From the NCBI GenBank assembly GCA_963727775.1, contig CAVSHB010000001.1, positions 1,152,001-1,216,000 of the forward strand: a stretch of 64,000 nucleotides of DNA, in the 5' to 3' direction. Positions within the stretch are counted from its first letter, which is position 1, and each line of letters opens with the position of its first letter. The notes beneath the pieces were generated by a model. It was not told the origin of the DNA and did not search any database. It was given only the letters and a program-made list of their open reading frames with translations. The position numbers were made by a program, and so were the translations under genes. Shown here one piece after another: positions 29,326 through 38,702 of this stretch. Origin of the DNA: an uncultured Nitrospiraceae bacterium (GTDB taxonomy: Bacteria > Nitrospirota > Thermodesulfovibrionia > Thermodesulfovibrionales > SM23-35).

Positions 29326-29777
29326 TCGATATGTTTAAAAGCCTCAGTACTTATACGAAAGGTGAAAAGAGCGTATTTAATTATCTGAGTGATGAAGATC
29401 TCAAGAATCTGTCCGCTTTTTTCGAAAGCAAGAATATACCGGCGGGTGAGACACTGTGGAAAGCAAAGGACCCTTTCGATTATATAGCATTTATTGTTTC
29501 AGGAAAAGTAGAAATAAAAAAAGAAACGGAGTTCGGGGAAATGAATCTGATTCTGGGCATATACAGCAAGGGTGCATTATGCATTCTTGACGACAGTATC
29601 AGAAAAGTTACAGCAGTAGCGCTTGAAGATGTTTCACTTGCGATTATTACTCAGAAAAACCTGGATAAACTAATCGCCACAGATCCTGAATTGGGAGCCA
29701 AACTCCTGAAGGGGATGCTCCTTACCGTATCAGATCGTTTGAGAAAGTCCTTTGATCGCCTTACAGTGTTCTCCTGA
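29322..29777 (+). CDS. Stand-alone cyclic-nucleotide-binding domain protein
   Basis: FNYLSDEDL...GETLW...FIVSGKVEI...VTAVALED; ATGA overlap with the upstream gene. Confidence 0.8.
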   Translation: MIDMFKSLSTYTKGEKSVFNYLSDEDLKNLSAFFESKNIPAGETLWKAKDPFDYIAFIVSGKVEIKKETEFGEMNLILGIYSKGALCILDDSIRKVTAVALEDVSLAIITQKNLDKLIATDPELGAKLLKGMLLTVSDRLRKSFDRLTVFS

Positions 29778-29967
29778 TCTGTTTTATCTGAACCAGTACA
29801 GAATACTTTAATCCAATTAGATCTTAGCTGATGAAACTCCGGCACGGCTCATCCACTCCGCTAGTTGCAAAGCCAATGTCCTCGATGGTTTTGGGATGAG
29901 GCTCTTAATAAACTGCTGCTATGATTTCCGTCTCCTTTTTGAAAAATCATATTTGTAAAAAGGCCAA

Positions 29968-30327
29968 TTATCTCACGGGATAGTACCCTCTCGGCGCATA
30001 ATATCTCGTCGATGCTGCATATGCTCTCGGCGCATAATATCTCGTCGGTGATACATATGCTCTTGGTGCATAGTATGCTCCAGGAGCGTAGTATGTTTCA
30101 GGTACCTGTGGTGCATAACCGTATGTCGCTGGTCCTGTGGCTGCAAGATTGACTACGGTTCCGATAATGGCCCCAGGAATGCCCAGAGCAGCGGTGATTG
30201 GCCACAAAGGATTGAATCCACTGCCTCTTCCATGGTATCCTCCTCCCCATCCGCCGGCAAACACTGGTGCTACTGATGTTAAGGATAGAAGGCTTGCAAC
30301 GATAAGTATTACAACAATCTTTCTCAT
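29968..30327 (-). CDS. Exported Gly/Tyr/Pro-rich protein with YYAPR repeats
   Basis: GGAGG RBS before MRKIVVIL; signal peptide; 36-bp repeats near the 3' end. Confidence 0.75.
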   Translation of the reverse strand: MRKIVVILIVASLLSLTSVAPVFAGGWGGGYHGRGSGFNPLWPITAALGIPGAIIGTVVNLAATGPATYGYAPQVPETYYAPGAYYAPRAYVSPTRYYAPRAYAASTRYYAPRGYYPVR

Positions 30328-30655
30328 AAATCCTCCTCTTCCATTATTTATTCTTATCAATATCCGAAACACTCATATACTTATTATTGTACTTTATGCA
30401 TAAAAAAGATGTCGGGATCCAGCTGATTTTATTATCAGTATTTATGTCATTCTTCTGTAAGTGCATGTCCTACATCCGGTGGGCATAAAAGGGAATTATC
30501 GTTAAATTGCTATAGGTTATCTGTACGCATTACGAGCTGAATTATTCGCTCTTCGCCTTCCTGTGAGTCCTCCCCGTTGGAACCTGATATAATTGAGATA
30601 GTTCCACTGGTAATAATTAGATGATAGAGACAACCTTTCAAGAAAGAAAGGAACC

Positions 30656-30841
30656 ATGAAACCATTTACAACCATTGCTATTATCGTATTCTCGCTTATC
30701 GCTGTGATACATCTTCTCCGGCTGTTCTTTGGATGGGAAGTTGTCATAAGTGGGATGATTTTGCCTATATGGATAAGTGCGCCTGGCTTTTTAATTGCAT
30801 CGGGGCTTGCATTAATGCTGTGGCGAGAATCTCGGAAATAA
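30656..30841 (+). CDS. Small two-TM membrane protein
   Basis: MKPFTTIAIIVFSLIAVIHLLRLFFGWEV; AAAGGA RBS. Confidence 0.75.
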   Translation: MKPFTTIAIIVFSLIAVIHLLRLFFGWEVVISGMILPIWISAPGFLIASGLALMLWRESRK

Positions 30842-30928
30842 GAACAGCAAGGATCGGGTGAATCAGAGGCTTCAATCAACTGAAAGGTAAAAGAGAAAAG
30901 GTAAGGTACAATGAAAAGGGAGGAATGA

Positions 30929-32323
30929 ATGAGGCTTAACAAAATACTTCTTGGTTTCTTAGTCTTGATTGTTTCTTTATTTTTGCTCGCAGGCTGCGGC
31001 GGCTCGTCTTCGTCCAAAGAATCAGGAAGCGTCCCTGTTCAGCACATCGGGAGCATGGCCGCCGAGTTATTTTCAACATATATCTTTAGTCTCAATATGC
31101 CGCAGAAATATGGCTCTTTGGACGCTATCACAGCTGCGCAGGAGGGTGCCTGGAAATCGGCTTGGTATGATCTATGGAACAAGCTCATCCCGAATTTCAA
31201 GTATCCCTTCAATATGTACAAGATTTACTACGACATCACCCGCCCTGACGGGACAGTACAGCACCTATCCGGCCTGCTCGTAGTACCGACAAGCGTCGTT
31301 GGGATCAAGATCAATGTTCCGATCATATCCTTGCAGCACCCTACGCAGGTTGAGCGAAAATACTCACCATCCAACGGAAATGTGCTGGACAATGAACTGA
31401 CGGTACCTTTCGCCATGGCGCTTGCGTCAATGGGGTATATAACTGTGGTCGCCGACTATCCTGGTATGGGTATCAACTATGACGTGCACCCCTACTGTCT
31501 GGAAGTGTTGGCCGATTCAATAATTGGAATGATTCGAGCTGCGCGGGATAGCAAAGGCTCTTGGCTCCTGTCTGACCAAAGCACCAACTGGAACGGGCAA
31601 CTTTACCTCATCGGCTATTCAGAGGGAGGCTACGCAACCATGGTGGCCGCCAAGCATCTACAACAGGAAGGTGAATTTGCCGTTTCAGCAGTAGCTGCGC
31701 TTGATGGGCCTTATTCACTTTCCGACACTATGCGCAATGTGATGATCAATGCCGATGCGACTTATCCTTCACCGTATTTCCTGCCGTATACTATTGCCGG
31801 ATACGGTGACTTCTACAAGGCTCAAACTGACGCTTTCAACTTTGACAATGCAGTTAAAGGTCAGGTGCCTTCCTACGCACCACAAAAGGGCATGACGTAC
31901 GCAGGGCAGCTCTACTCAATGCTTGACGGAACTTTCTCGGGCAACCAAATCAGCGTCTTTATGCAGAAGGCAACTCCCTATGACGGACCAAAGAGCATTT
32001 TGACCGATCAGTTCTATAACGCGCTTCACGACACGGGCCCGAATGCTCCCATTTACCAGAGGCTATTGCTAAATGACGGATTTTATGGCTGGACTCCGTC
32101 GATGCCCTTAAAGATGTTTCACAATAGTCTTGATGATCTTGTGCCAGTTAGCAATATGGACATTGCAGCCAGCATATGGAATAATGTGCCGAATGTATAT
32201 CAGGAATACTTCACAGAGTATAGTGATGGATTGGGGTCGGTGCACGCGGGCTCGCTGCCGATAGCATACTACAAAGGATTTATTTGGATTGATGCTTATG
32301 CTTACCCTGACCGTCATAAATGA
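30929..32323 (+). CDS. Alpha/beta-hydrolase (secretory lipase-like) lipoprotein
   Basis: Lipobox LAGC; ADYPGMG, GYSEGG nucleophile elbow, DDLVP, C-terminal His. Confidence 0.85.
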   Translation: MRLNKILLGFLVLIVSLFLLAGCGGSSSSKESGSVPVQHIGSMAAELFSTYIFSLNMPQKYGSLDAITAAQEGAWKSAWYDLWNKLIPNFKYPFNMYKIYYDITRPDGTVQHLSGLLVVPTSVVGIKINVPIISLQHPTQVERKYSPSNGNVLDNELTVPFAMALASMGYITVVADYPGMGINYDVHPYCLEVLADSIIGMIRAARDSKGSWLLSDQSTNWNGQLYLIGYSEGGYATMVAAKHLQQEGEFAVSAVAALDGPYSLSDTMRNVMINADATYPSPYFLPYTIAGYGDFYKAQTDAFNFDNAVKGQVPSYAPQKGMTYAGQLYSMLDGTFSGNQISVFMQKATPYDGPKSILTDQFYNALHDTGPNAPIYQRLLLNDGFYGWTPSMPLKMFHNSLDDLVPVSNMDIAASIWNNVPNVYQEYFTEYSDGLGSVHAGSLPIAYYKGFIWIDAYAYPDRHK

Positions 32324-32429
32324 AGGAAAAGGCTGTCCAAAGTAAGCCTTCTAATGGCATCCTTTAGGACGACATAGTTATTAAGCCGCAATAGGCTTAG
32401 TAGGCGTGAAGCAGATACCTTCTAACCCT

Positions 32430-32760
32430 GATATAATTATCAAATCCCACCTCTTTACTTTAAGATTTATAAAGCATTCCATCTTACACCGTCCATCTAC
32501 TTTTTCTTTCAGTTTTTACTATGCGCTATTGTCATGATTATACCAACCACTTTGATGGGTGCAACTTTTCCCGTAGTTAGCAAGAAGGTAACCACATCTA
32601 TCGATGAGGTGGGCAGGGGAGTTGGCAATGCATATTCCTTCAATACATTCGGCGCAATTATTGGATCCTTTTGCGCCGGGTTTATTCTTATGCCTGTTTT
32701 CGGCACAAGAATGGCCGCAGTTACGGCGGCATGCATCAATATTTTCGTCGCTTTGACTGA
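32430..32760 (+). pseudogene. Internal fragment of a fused MFS/spermidine-synthase-like membrane protein
   Basis: IIPTTLMGATFPVV...VGNAYSFNTFGAIIGS motif with no start, a frameshift, and no catalytic domain. Confidence 0.7.
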
Positions 32761-32768
32761 TGTCTCCT

Positions 32769-33650
32769 CTAATAATACTTATGACATTTTGTACATATTC
32801 TTGCAACAGGAAACAGTTTGCTAAAATTCGAACTGTGGGGATTATGGCAACTAACACAACTTAACTCCCTTTTCGGATCGCTTGGGTCTGGTACCCCCGA
32901 AACTGGATGAATCATCTGTCCTTTAACAGGGGACACGAAATGCATTCCGTCTTTTTGTACTTTATGGCAACCTGTGCATACGTCAACGATCGGTTTGGAG
33001 AGAAGGTAGGGACTCTCGCTAACATGTGCATTATGGCAAAAATTACATCCATTCGGAACCGCTATGACCACATGGATATGCTTTTTTGTGAACGGGGCTT
33101 TATCATGACATCTGTAACAAAGCTCAGGAGGAGCGCTTATAAGAATATTACTAAAATTTGCGGCATGAGGACTATGACAACTTATACACTGACCTTTTGC
33201 TACCGGAGTATGAGCCGGCTTTCCTCTGAACTTTGATTCGTCATGGCAAGCATAGCAGAGATCCGGAACATTCTTTAAAAGAATCTTCTCGAAAGTTGAT
33301 CGATGAGGATTATGGCAGGCTGTACATGTGTCACTTACAATTGGGGGATGAAGCGACTTGCCTCTAAATTCTGATTTGTCATGGCACATGAAGCAGAGTC
33401 CCGGAACGTTCTGAACAAGTTTAACGCTATCTTTCTGCTCTGGATGATTCATGCCTTCTACAAGCGTATGGCACGTCTGACAGCCCGAAGTTAGGGGAGC
33501 ATGAATACTTTTTGACGGTTTTGTCAATTCCGCATGGCATCTCAGACAGTGATTTTCTTCGGCAAGAATATCAGAGAGGGTACAATTCCAAAAAGCAAAT
33601 AAGAAAAAGATTAGAATGTTGAAGAACCTGAAGGTTGACATGTATTTCAT
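32769..33650 (-). CDS. Multiheme cytochrome c (11 CxxCH, doubled-CxxCH type)
   Basis: Signal peptide; 11 CxxCH motifs counted, several as CxxCHxPH. Confidence 0.93.
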   Translation of the reverse strand: MKYMSTFRFFNILIFFLFAFWNCTLSDILAEENHCLRCHAELTKPSKSIHAPLTSGCQTCHTLVEGMNHPEQKDSVKLVQNVPGLCFMCHDKSEFRGKSLHPPIVSDTCTACHNPHRSTFEKILLKNVPDLCYACHDESKFRGKPAHTPVAKGQCISCHSPHAANFSNILISAPPELCYRCHDKAPFTKKHIHVVIAVPNGCNFCHNAHVSESPYLLSKPIVDVCTGCHKVQKDGMHFVSPVKGQMIHPVSGVPDPSDPKRELSCVSCHNPHSSNFSKLFPVARICTKCHKYY

Positions 33651-33701
33651 GGATAGTTTATATTTGATTCCCACGCCTTTGTCAAGAACTAAATGCTACC
33701 G

Positions 33702-33815
33702 CCGACTACTGCAGATGCTATCCTCGACAGGGTCGTCCATAATGCACATAGGATATCTTTGAAGGGAGAATCGATGAGAAAGACTATGTCAAACTTGACT
33801 CAATCCGAATACTAA
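33702..33815 (+). pseudogene. istB: IS21 IstB helper ATPase, C-terminal remnant
   Basis: [27 protein letters not shown]. Confidence 0.9.
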
Positions 33816-33856
33816 ACGTATGATTTAAACATCCAGCTTCGCTATACGAACAAAGA

Positions 33857-33888
33857 TCCCTCGTAGCTTGCTGCGGGGTAATTCATTT
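33857..33888 (+). repeat. Isolated IS200/IS605-like right-end hairpin
   Basis: CCCTCGTAGCTTGCTGCGGGGTAATTCAT: imperfect hairpin followed by TTCA, like the IS end at 25884-25913. Confidence 0.45.
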
Positions 33889-33921
33889 ATTCTATAACTT
33901 ATTTTTTAAAAAAGGAATATT

Positions 33922-35169
33922 ATGCAAGCACATTTTGGAGATATTGTGAAGATTCACTTCACGTGTAGAACGAAAGACGGAACAATTGTTGTTTCATCTA
34001 CGGGAAGAGATCCTCTTCAATGTACATTAGGCAAATCTGAAATAATACCTTATCTTGAAAAAGTCATAATCGGAATGAGGGAAGGCGATTTTAAAACGGT
34101 GAAAGTTCCTGTATCCCATGCATTCGGCGCATATCATGATGAATTGGTTTTTGACATTAATAGAATATTGCTATCTGTTACTGGGGACGTCTTGCCTGGC
34201 ACGCAAATTCAAATGGGTGATGAAGTTTTTAAAGTTATTAATGCTTCAGGATCTGTCTTGACGTTGGACGCAAACTACCCATTGGCGGGAGAGGATCTCT
34301 TTTTTGATTTACATATGATTGAAATTTCAAAAAATAAATCATACACAACAAACAATATATTTAATGTGCCAGGTCAAAGTAATAATATACATCAAGTCAA
34401 TAAAATAGCGTTATTACTCACCACTTTTTTTAGGGATAACTTAATGTTTAAAACGATTCGGAATCTTCTAAATTATTGGGATGAGAGCTATGTCCTGCTT
34501 ATAGCCGATCAAGGGTGCCGGACAATTAATGATTTTGATGCAAAAAGAGAAGCCCTTAAACAGCTCACTGCAAACAATATATCCTTTGAATATTATCAAC
34601 TTCCTTTTGATTGCGGATTGTCTGCTGCGCGAAACTTCTTAGTAAAGAAAGCGGATGCTATGAATATCAGGTATTGTTTTTTATTAGCTGATAGCATCCA
34701 ATTCCTTGCAAAATATAATTTAGATCCTATTCTTTCTTTTTTAGAGGAAGACAATCATAGAGGTATTGTTGGATTTGATCTTTATGGTAGACCCCCGTGG
34801 GATCGTGATTTAGAACTCATTAAGAATTCTTATTTTTATTTAATGTTTCCAAAAAGAAAACCCATTGAATATAAGAATATTAGATTTCAACCTGTTGACA
34901 TATGCAGAAATTTCTTTTTAGCCAAGACTGAGTCCTTATTACTTAATTTATGGGATGAAGATTTAAAATTATGCGAACATGAAGATTTTTTCTGGAGATT
35001 GAAAAATGAGGACAAGCTTAACCAAGTATTTTGGACTGATTTTGTGCAGGCTCAATATATTAATGAGAAATCTTTTTTATATGACCAATTGAGAAATAGG
35101 ATGTATTTTAAATTCCGTGAAGTATTATTAAAGAAATACAGTCTCACAGATTGGGTTCGTTATGAGTGA
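33922..35169 (+). CDS. FKBP/SlyD-type PPIase fused to a GT-A glycosyltransferase-like domain
   Basis: N-terminus GDIVKIHF...LDANYPLAGEDLFF; C-terminus TTFFRD...LIADQG...PFDCGLSAARN...NFFLA...WDEDLKLCEHEDFF; AT-rich. Confidence 0.8.
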   Translation: MQAHFGDIVKIHFTCRTKDGTIVVSSTGRDPLQCTLGKSEIIPYLEKVIIGMREGDFKTVKVPVSHAFGAYHDELVFDINRILLSVTGDVLPGTQIQMGDEVFKVINASGSVLTLDANYPLAGEDLFFDLHMIEISKNKSYTTNNIFNVPGQSNNIHQVNKIALLLTTFFRDNLMFKTIRNLLNYWDESYVLLIADQGCRTINDFDAKREALKQLTANNISFEYYQLPFDCGLSAARNFLVKKADAMNIRYCFLLADSIQFLAKYNLDPILSFLEEDNHRGIVGFDLYGRPPWDRDLELIKNSYFYLMFPKRKPIEYKNIRFQPVDICRNFFLAKTESLLLNLWDEDLKLCEHEDFFWRLKNEDKLNQVFWTDFVQAQYINEKSFLYDQLRNRMYFKFREVLLKKYSLTDWVRYE

Positions 35170-35189
35170 TTTGCACTGAAATTTGACAA

Positions 35190-35290
35190 TGACCTTTCCC
35201 CGAATTGATGGACACACACCTAAGAATTTGTAAGATGACACGACAGGAGGTAAGTGTATAGGGATTGTCGCCGTCATTTTAACGTCATGA
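35190..35290 (+). mobile_element. IS3-family left-end remnant
   Basis: TGACCTTTCCCCGAATTGATGGACAC (TG-start IR), then an AGGAGG RBS and a decayed orfA start (..RRHF..). Confidence 0.55.
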
Positions 35291-35345
35291 ACTGATTTTT
35301 TTGAAATCCCATGGGTTCGAATATCAAAAGTTTATCGGTGCCGTA

Positions 35346-35777
35346 TCAGAATTTAGAATCCCAGTCTCTCAAACTCATAACATATTTCATATCCCTGACT
35401 TTTTTACAATATGATTCGTCTGCCGTCAGTAATCTCCCTTTTTGAAGGAAGGCAACGGCATGGTACACTGCATCATAAAAAGTGACACTGTATCTCTGCA
35501 TTAATTTAAACGTCTCTTTACATAGGTCTATAGACATATCATATTCCGTGAAATCGTATCCCAAAAAAATCTCCATGACTTCACGAGCCTGTTCCGGCAT
35601 TTTCATCATGAGAACATTGCCGACTTCATAACTCCATAGTTTCGGCAGGACAATCTCACATTTTCCGTCTATCCATGCGTTAAGAAAAGAAACAGCTTTA
35701 TCCTTGTCGCTTTCGTCAGGAGTGTCAAAGGCCCATTTCAACACAATAGAGGCGTCAGGCACAATAATTTCCTTCAT
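35346..35777 (-). CDS. vapC: VapC-family PIN toxin
   Basis: VPDASIVLKW...YEVGN...YDAVYHA...LLTAD. Confidence 0.9.
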   Translation of the reverse strand: MKEIIVPDASIVLKWAFDTPDESDKDKAVSFLNAWIDGKCEIVLPKLWSYEVGNVLMMKMPEQAREVMEIFLGYDFTEYDMSIDLCKETFKLMQRYSVTFYDAVYHAVAFLQKGRLLTADESYCKKVRDMKYVMSLRDWDSKF

Positions 35778-36019
35778 AATGAATTGACCCTTGTTCTGTC
35801 TTTTTTCAGTGCGGTAACTATTCCTTTTGTTGAAAAGCTCTGTTTAGATCTCAACAACAAGAGTCTTTCAGTAAGCCGCTTTCTCTTTATGAAATTCAGT
35901 TCTTTTTTTAAAGCTTCATTTGCTACTCTGCTGCGTTCGCCGGACGGCACCAGTCTTTCAAATTCCTTTCTCACATCGTCGTTGATCATAAAATTGACTT
36001 TTCTTGATGTTGGGTGCAT
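35774..36019 (-). CDS. Cognate antitoxin (ribbon-helix-helix-like)
   Basis: Small basic ORF overlapping the toxin start; KVNFMINDDV...SRVANEAL. Confidence 0.8.
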   Translation of the reverse strand: MHPTSRKVNFMINDDVRKEFERLVPSGERSRVANEALKKELNFIKRKRLTERLLLLRSKQSFSTKGIVTALKKDRTRVNSL

Positions 36020-36171
36020 AAATTACACCTCTCTTTATAATGTAAATATATTACACCTTAAGTTTACCTATTTTGTTTTTATTTGTCAAAATTCAAATTG
36101 ACGAATTGCCTCATCAAAAATCTGTTCGAAATAATCAGGTACTGTCTCTGTAAAAAGAGTAGGAGGCAGTA

Positions 36172-36300
36172 ATGAGACTTACGGTCAAAAAGAGAGGAAG
36201 GCAACAAAGATAACGGCGGCGACTTATAACCGTCAAAAAAGCAGAAAGGAATCATTCTTGATGAATTTGCAGCACTGACAGGTTCACCATACGGGCCTGA
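36172..36300 (+). pseudogene. N-terminal remnant of an rve/DDE transposase
   Basis: AGGAGG plus ATG; frameshifted MRLT...KKQKGIILDEFAALTG, matching the KGxILDEFxxxTG start of this transposase group. Confidence 0.6.
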
Positions 36301-36472
36301 TCTGCTGGGGGCACCAGTTTTATCAGGGAAGCGCCGTAAAACCCCGTTCTGATATTGCTTGCCTTTCCCATAGACCAAATATAAAGTAAATCTATGATCG
36401 TACGCAAGGCATACAGGTACAGGCTAAAGACCAACTTGCGCACAAAGCGGTTACTATCCCGGTTAACGCACC

Positions 36473-36931
36473 TTAAGTCTTTAAAAAGCCCGGGAACACA
36501 GTTTCAATAAAATCCGACGGGCCCACAATTGTGAGGTTGTATCTCTTGTCTGTTTTCAACCTAACAAAGTCCTTTTTGTCCCCGGTAATAAGATACTCTG
36601 CTTTGCAAGCAATTGCCGAGGCAAGGACAGGGATATCTTTTTCTGCAATGATTCCCGCCATACTTCTTACTGTTTCCTGAGAAGGCAGCGGGACGACTTC
36701 AAGACCAAGCTTGGGTAGATATTTATGGTATAGAGTTATGGCCGCCGGCATTCTTTTCTTCAGGTTTCGCTCAACCTCCATGAGGTTATAGCGCCCGGTT
36801 GCTCCTGCAAGGAACGGCAAATTAAGCGTTAGCAGATCAAGGATAATTCGGGGAGCTCCCTTGTCTGAGAAGAGACCGGACAGAAGCACATTGGAATCGA
36901 GAAATATCTTATGCCTTTTTCCTAGTGGCAT
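36473..36931 (-). CDS. PIN-domain toxin
   Basis: IFLDSNVLLS...KDIPVLASA...LITGDKKDF. Confidence 0.9.
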   Translation of the reverse strand: MPLGKRHKIFLDSNVLLSGLFSDKGAPRIILDLLTLNLPFLAGATGRYNLMEVERNLKKRMPAAITLYHKYLPKLGLEVVPLPSQETVRSMAGIIAEKDIPVLASAIACKAEYLITGDKKDFVRLKTDKRYNLTIVGPSDFIETVFPGFLKT

Positions 36932-37199
36932 AAGTCTCTTTAAACAACTCTGCTCGTTCCTCTTTGAGCCCTTCGATAAGTTCTTCAAGAGTGAAGCCTG
37001 ATGCCTTGACCAGTTTCTTCAATTGTCTCCGTGCTTCGTCAAGCTCTAGCCTCTTCGGGGTAATAATCAACGAATCACCTATCGGCAAAATAGAGACGAC
37101 ATTGCCTTCTTCGAAGTGGCTCATTTCCCGTATTTTCTTCGGGATCGTCAACTGCCCGCGGGCCTTTATCTCTGCAATTGCCACTTTCATTTCTTCCAT
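36909..37199 (-). CDS. AbrB/MazE/SpoVT-family antitoxin
   Basis: IKARGQLTIPKKIRE; overlaps the toxin. Confidence 0.9.
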   Translation of the reverse strand: MEEMKVAIAEIKARGQLTIPKKIREMSHFEEGNVVSILPIGDSLIITPKRLELDEARRQLKKLVKASGFTLEELIEGLKEERAELFKETYATRKKA

Positions 37200-37526
37200 G
37201 CTGCACCTCCAGAAATATATATTCTGATTTCAGAATATCAGATTTCGGAATATATTGCAAGCGCTATGCTGTCGCCAATTCGGTAAATTCGAAGCTGGTG
37301 TGTGAGGAAGAGGAACAAAGCACGTTGCATATATATCATGCCTTGAATAAAAAATAAAACCGTCAAAAAGATTGGAGTTAGGCAATATTCTTTTGGGGTC
37401 ACTTTTGAATATACCTTATATCGCTGCGGATCCCGGTGAAATCTGCTATCTGTTCCAGCGCATTCCTGCCACTTGTTCCGATGTGAATCTGCCTTTGCCA
37501 TAAGAAGTAAATCTGGTGATCACGTC

Positions 37527-37928
37527 TCATATGGTCTCAAGTTTCAAGCCTTCTATTTTTCTAAAGTCTCTTGTGTTTGCTGTAATGATCGTATAATCCA
37601 TCGAGAGAGCAGTTGCTGATATGATCAGATCATGACTTCCTACGGTAATACCCTGCGAAGCAAGTGATGCCCAAAGCTTGGCATAGGTTCTTGCGACTGA
37701 AATATCCAGTGGAAAGACCGGAAAGAATTCTATAACCTTCTCTACGAAGGCCTGCCGTTTTATTTTTCGGACATGCGTATCGGCACGTTCCACGCCGTGG
37801 AGCAACTCAGCAACAGTTATTACGCTTATGCCGAACGGTTCATCCCCACGACCCTCAGTAATACGGTAAATATCATGACTCTTGCGCTCAATTGCAATGA
37901 TTTCGCTTGTATCAAATATCACTCCCAT
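37527..37928 (-). CDS. vapC: VapC-family PIN toxin
   Basis: IFDTSEII...SVITVAELLHG...HDLIISATA...TANTRDF. Confidence 0.92.
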   Translation of the reverse strand: MGVIFDTSEIIAIERKSHDIYRITEGRGDEPFGISVITVAELLHGVERADTHVRKIKRQAFVEKVIEFFPVFPLDISVARTYAKLWASLASQGITVGSHDLIISATALSMDYTIITANTRDFRKIEGLKLETI

Positions 37929-38200
37929 GCTGTCCTCTCCGGGATAGGCGGCTGTGATTTGAGCCCCTCTTCAACATCCTTTAAGAAACTATCAGTATCT
38001 TTTCCAAGCTTAGGTAGATTGTCAATTATCGCCCGCAGTTCTTTCAGTGTTCGCCCGGGAGGTGCTTCCTTAACTGGCACAATGGCGGCAGCAGGCTTGC
38101 CTCCTCTGACAATCGTATAACTCTCACCTTTATATTTGACGGAATTAATAATTTCAGAAAAAGCTCTCGCCGCTTCGGTTGCGTTGATTATTTTTCCCAT
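37919..38200 (-). CDS. Phd/YefM-family antitoxin
   Basis: INATEAARAFSEIINSV...IVRGGKPAAAIVP. Confidence 0.9.
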   Translation of the reverse strand: MGKIINATEAARAFSEIINSVKYKGESYTIVRGGKPAAAIVPVKEAPPGRTLKELRAIIDNLPKLGKDTDSFLKDVEEGLKSQPPIPERTAWE

Positions 38201-38702
38201 TGGTGACCTCCCTAAAATCTGATAATCATATTTTACGTAATTTACTATTGTATTGCAACAGGCAGTTGACTAACAGAGTCAGCTCTCTCATGTAGTAGGT
38301 GATGAGAAACTGAACCGTGTTAATGAAGAACTGAAAGAGTGTAGCGGATAATAGTGGGCTTCTGCCAGGATTTGTGGCAGGAATGTCACGGAATTCCCTG
38401 CGATAAAGTGGCTGCAATATACAGCAGCCAGTAGTTTTGTATTTTTAAGCTCGCGATTAATTCTGTACAAAAATAGGGACTGCATATAGAAGCATTATCG
38501 TAAATCTCAGTCATTTCGTTTCTTATTTCAAATGAATCATTTTTTCAGTTGTGATATACCAAGGGCCACCTGGATATTGGTCATCCTGTTGTTACTAACC
38601 TAAAAGCTGCATTTGTAATGATAGTCACCCTCTCTCGGCGATGAGGGCTTCTTCCAACAATTTTTTCGCGGTAACTTCGATCCTTAGCCCTGCGATCTGC
38701 AA

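Larger units (their letters stand above)
15975..38620. mobile_element. tRNA-Ala-adjacent accessory region / degenerate genomic island (boundaries approximate)
   Basis: Starts right after tRNA-Ala; dense in hypothetical genes, IS remnants, pseudogenes and TA pairs. No integrase or attR copy found. Confidence 0.5.

Noticed and set aside
28078..30060. CRISPR array (repeats at 28.1-28.3 kb and about 30.0 kb)
   Set aside because: The repeats are in-frame coding tandem repeats without unique spacers; no cas genes in the window
35346..38200. Integron cassette array for the tandem TA modules
   Set aside because: No paired RYYYAAC/GTTRRRY attC palindromes could be identified between the modules
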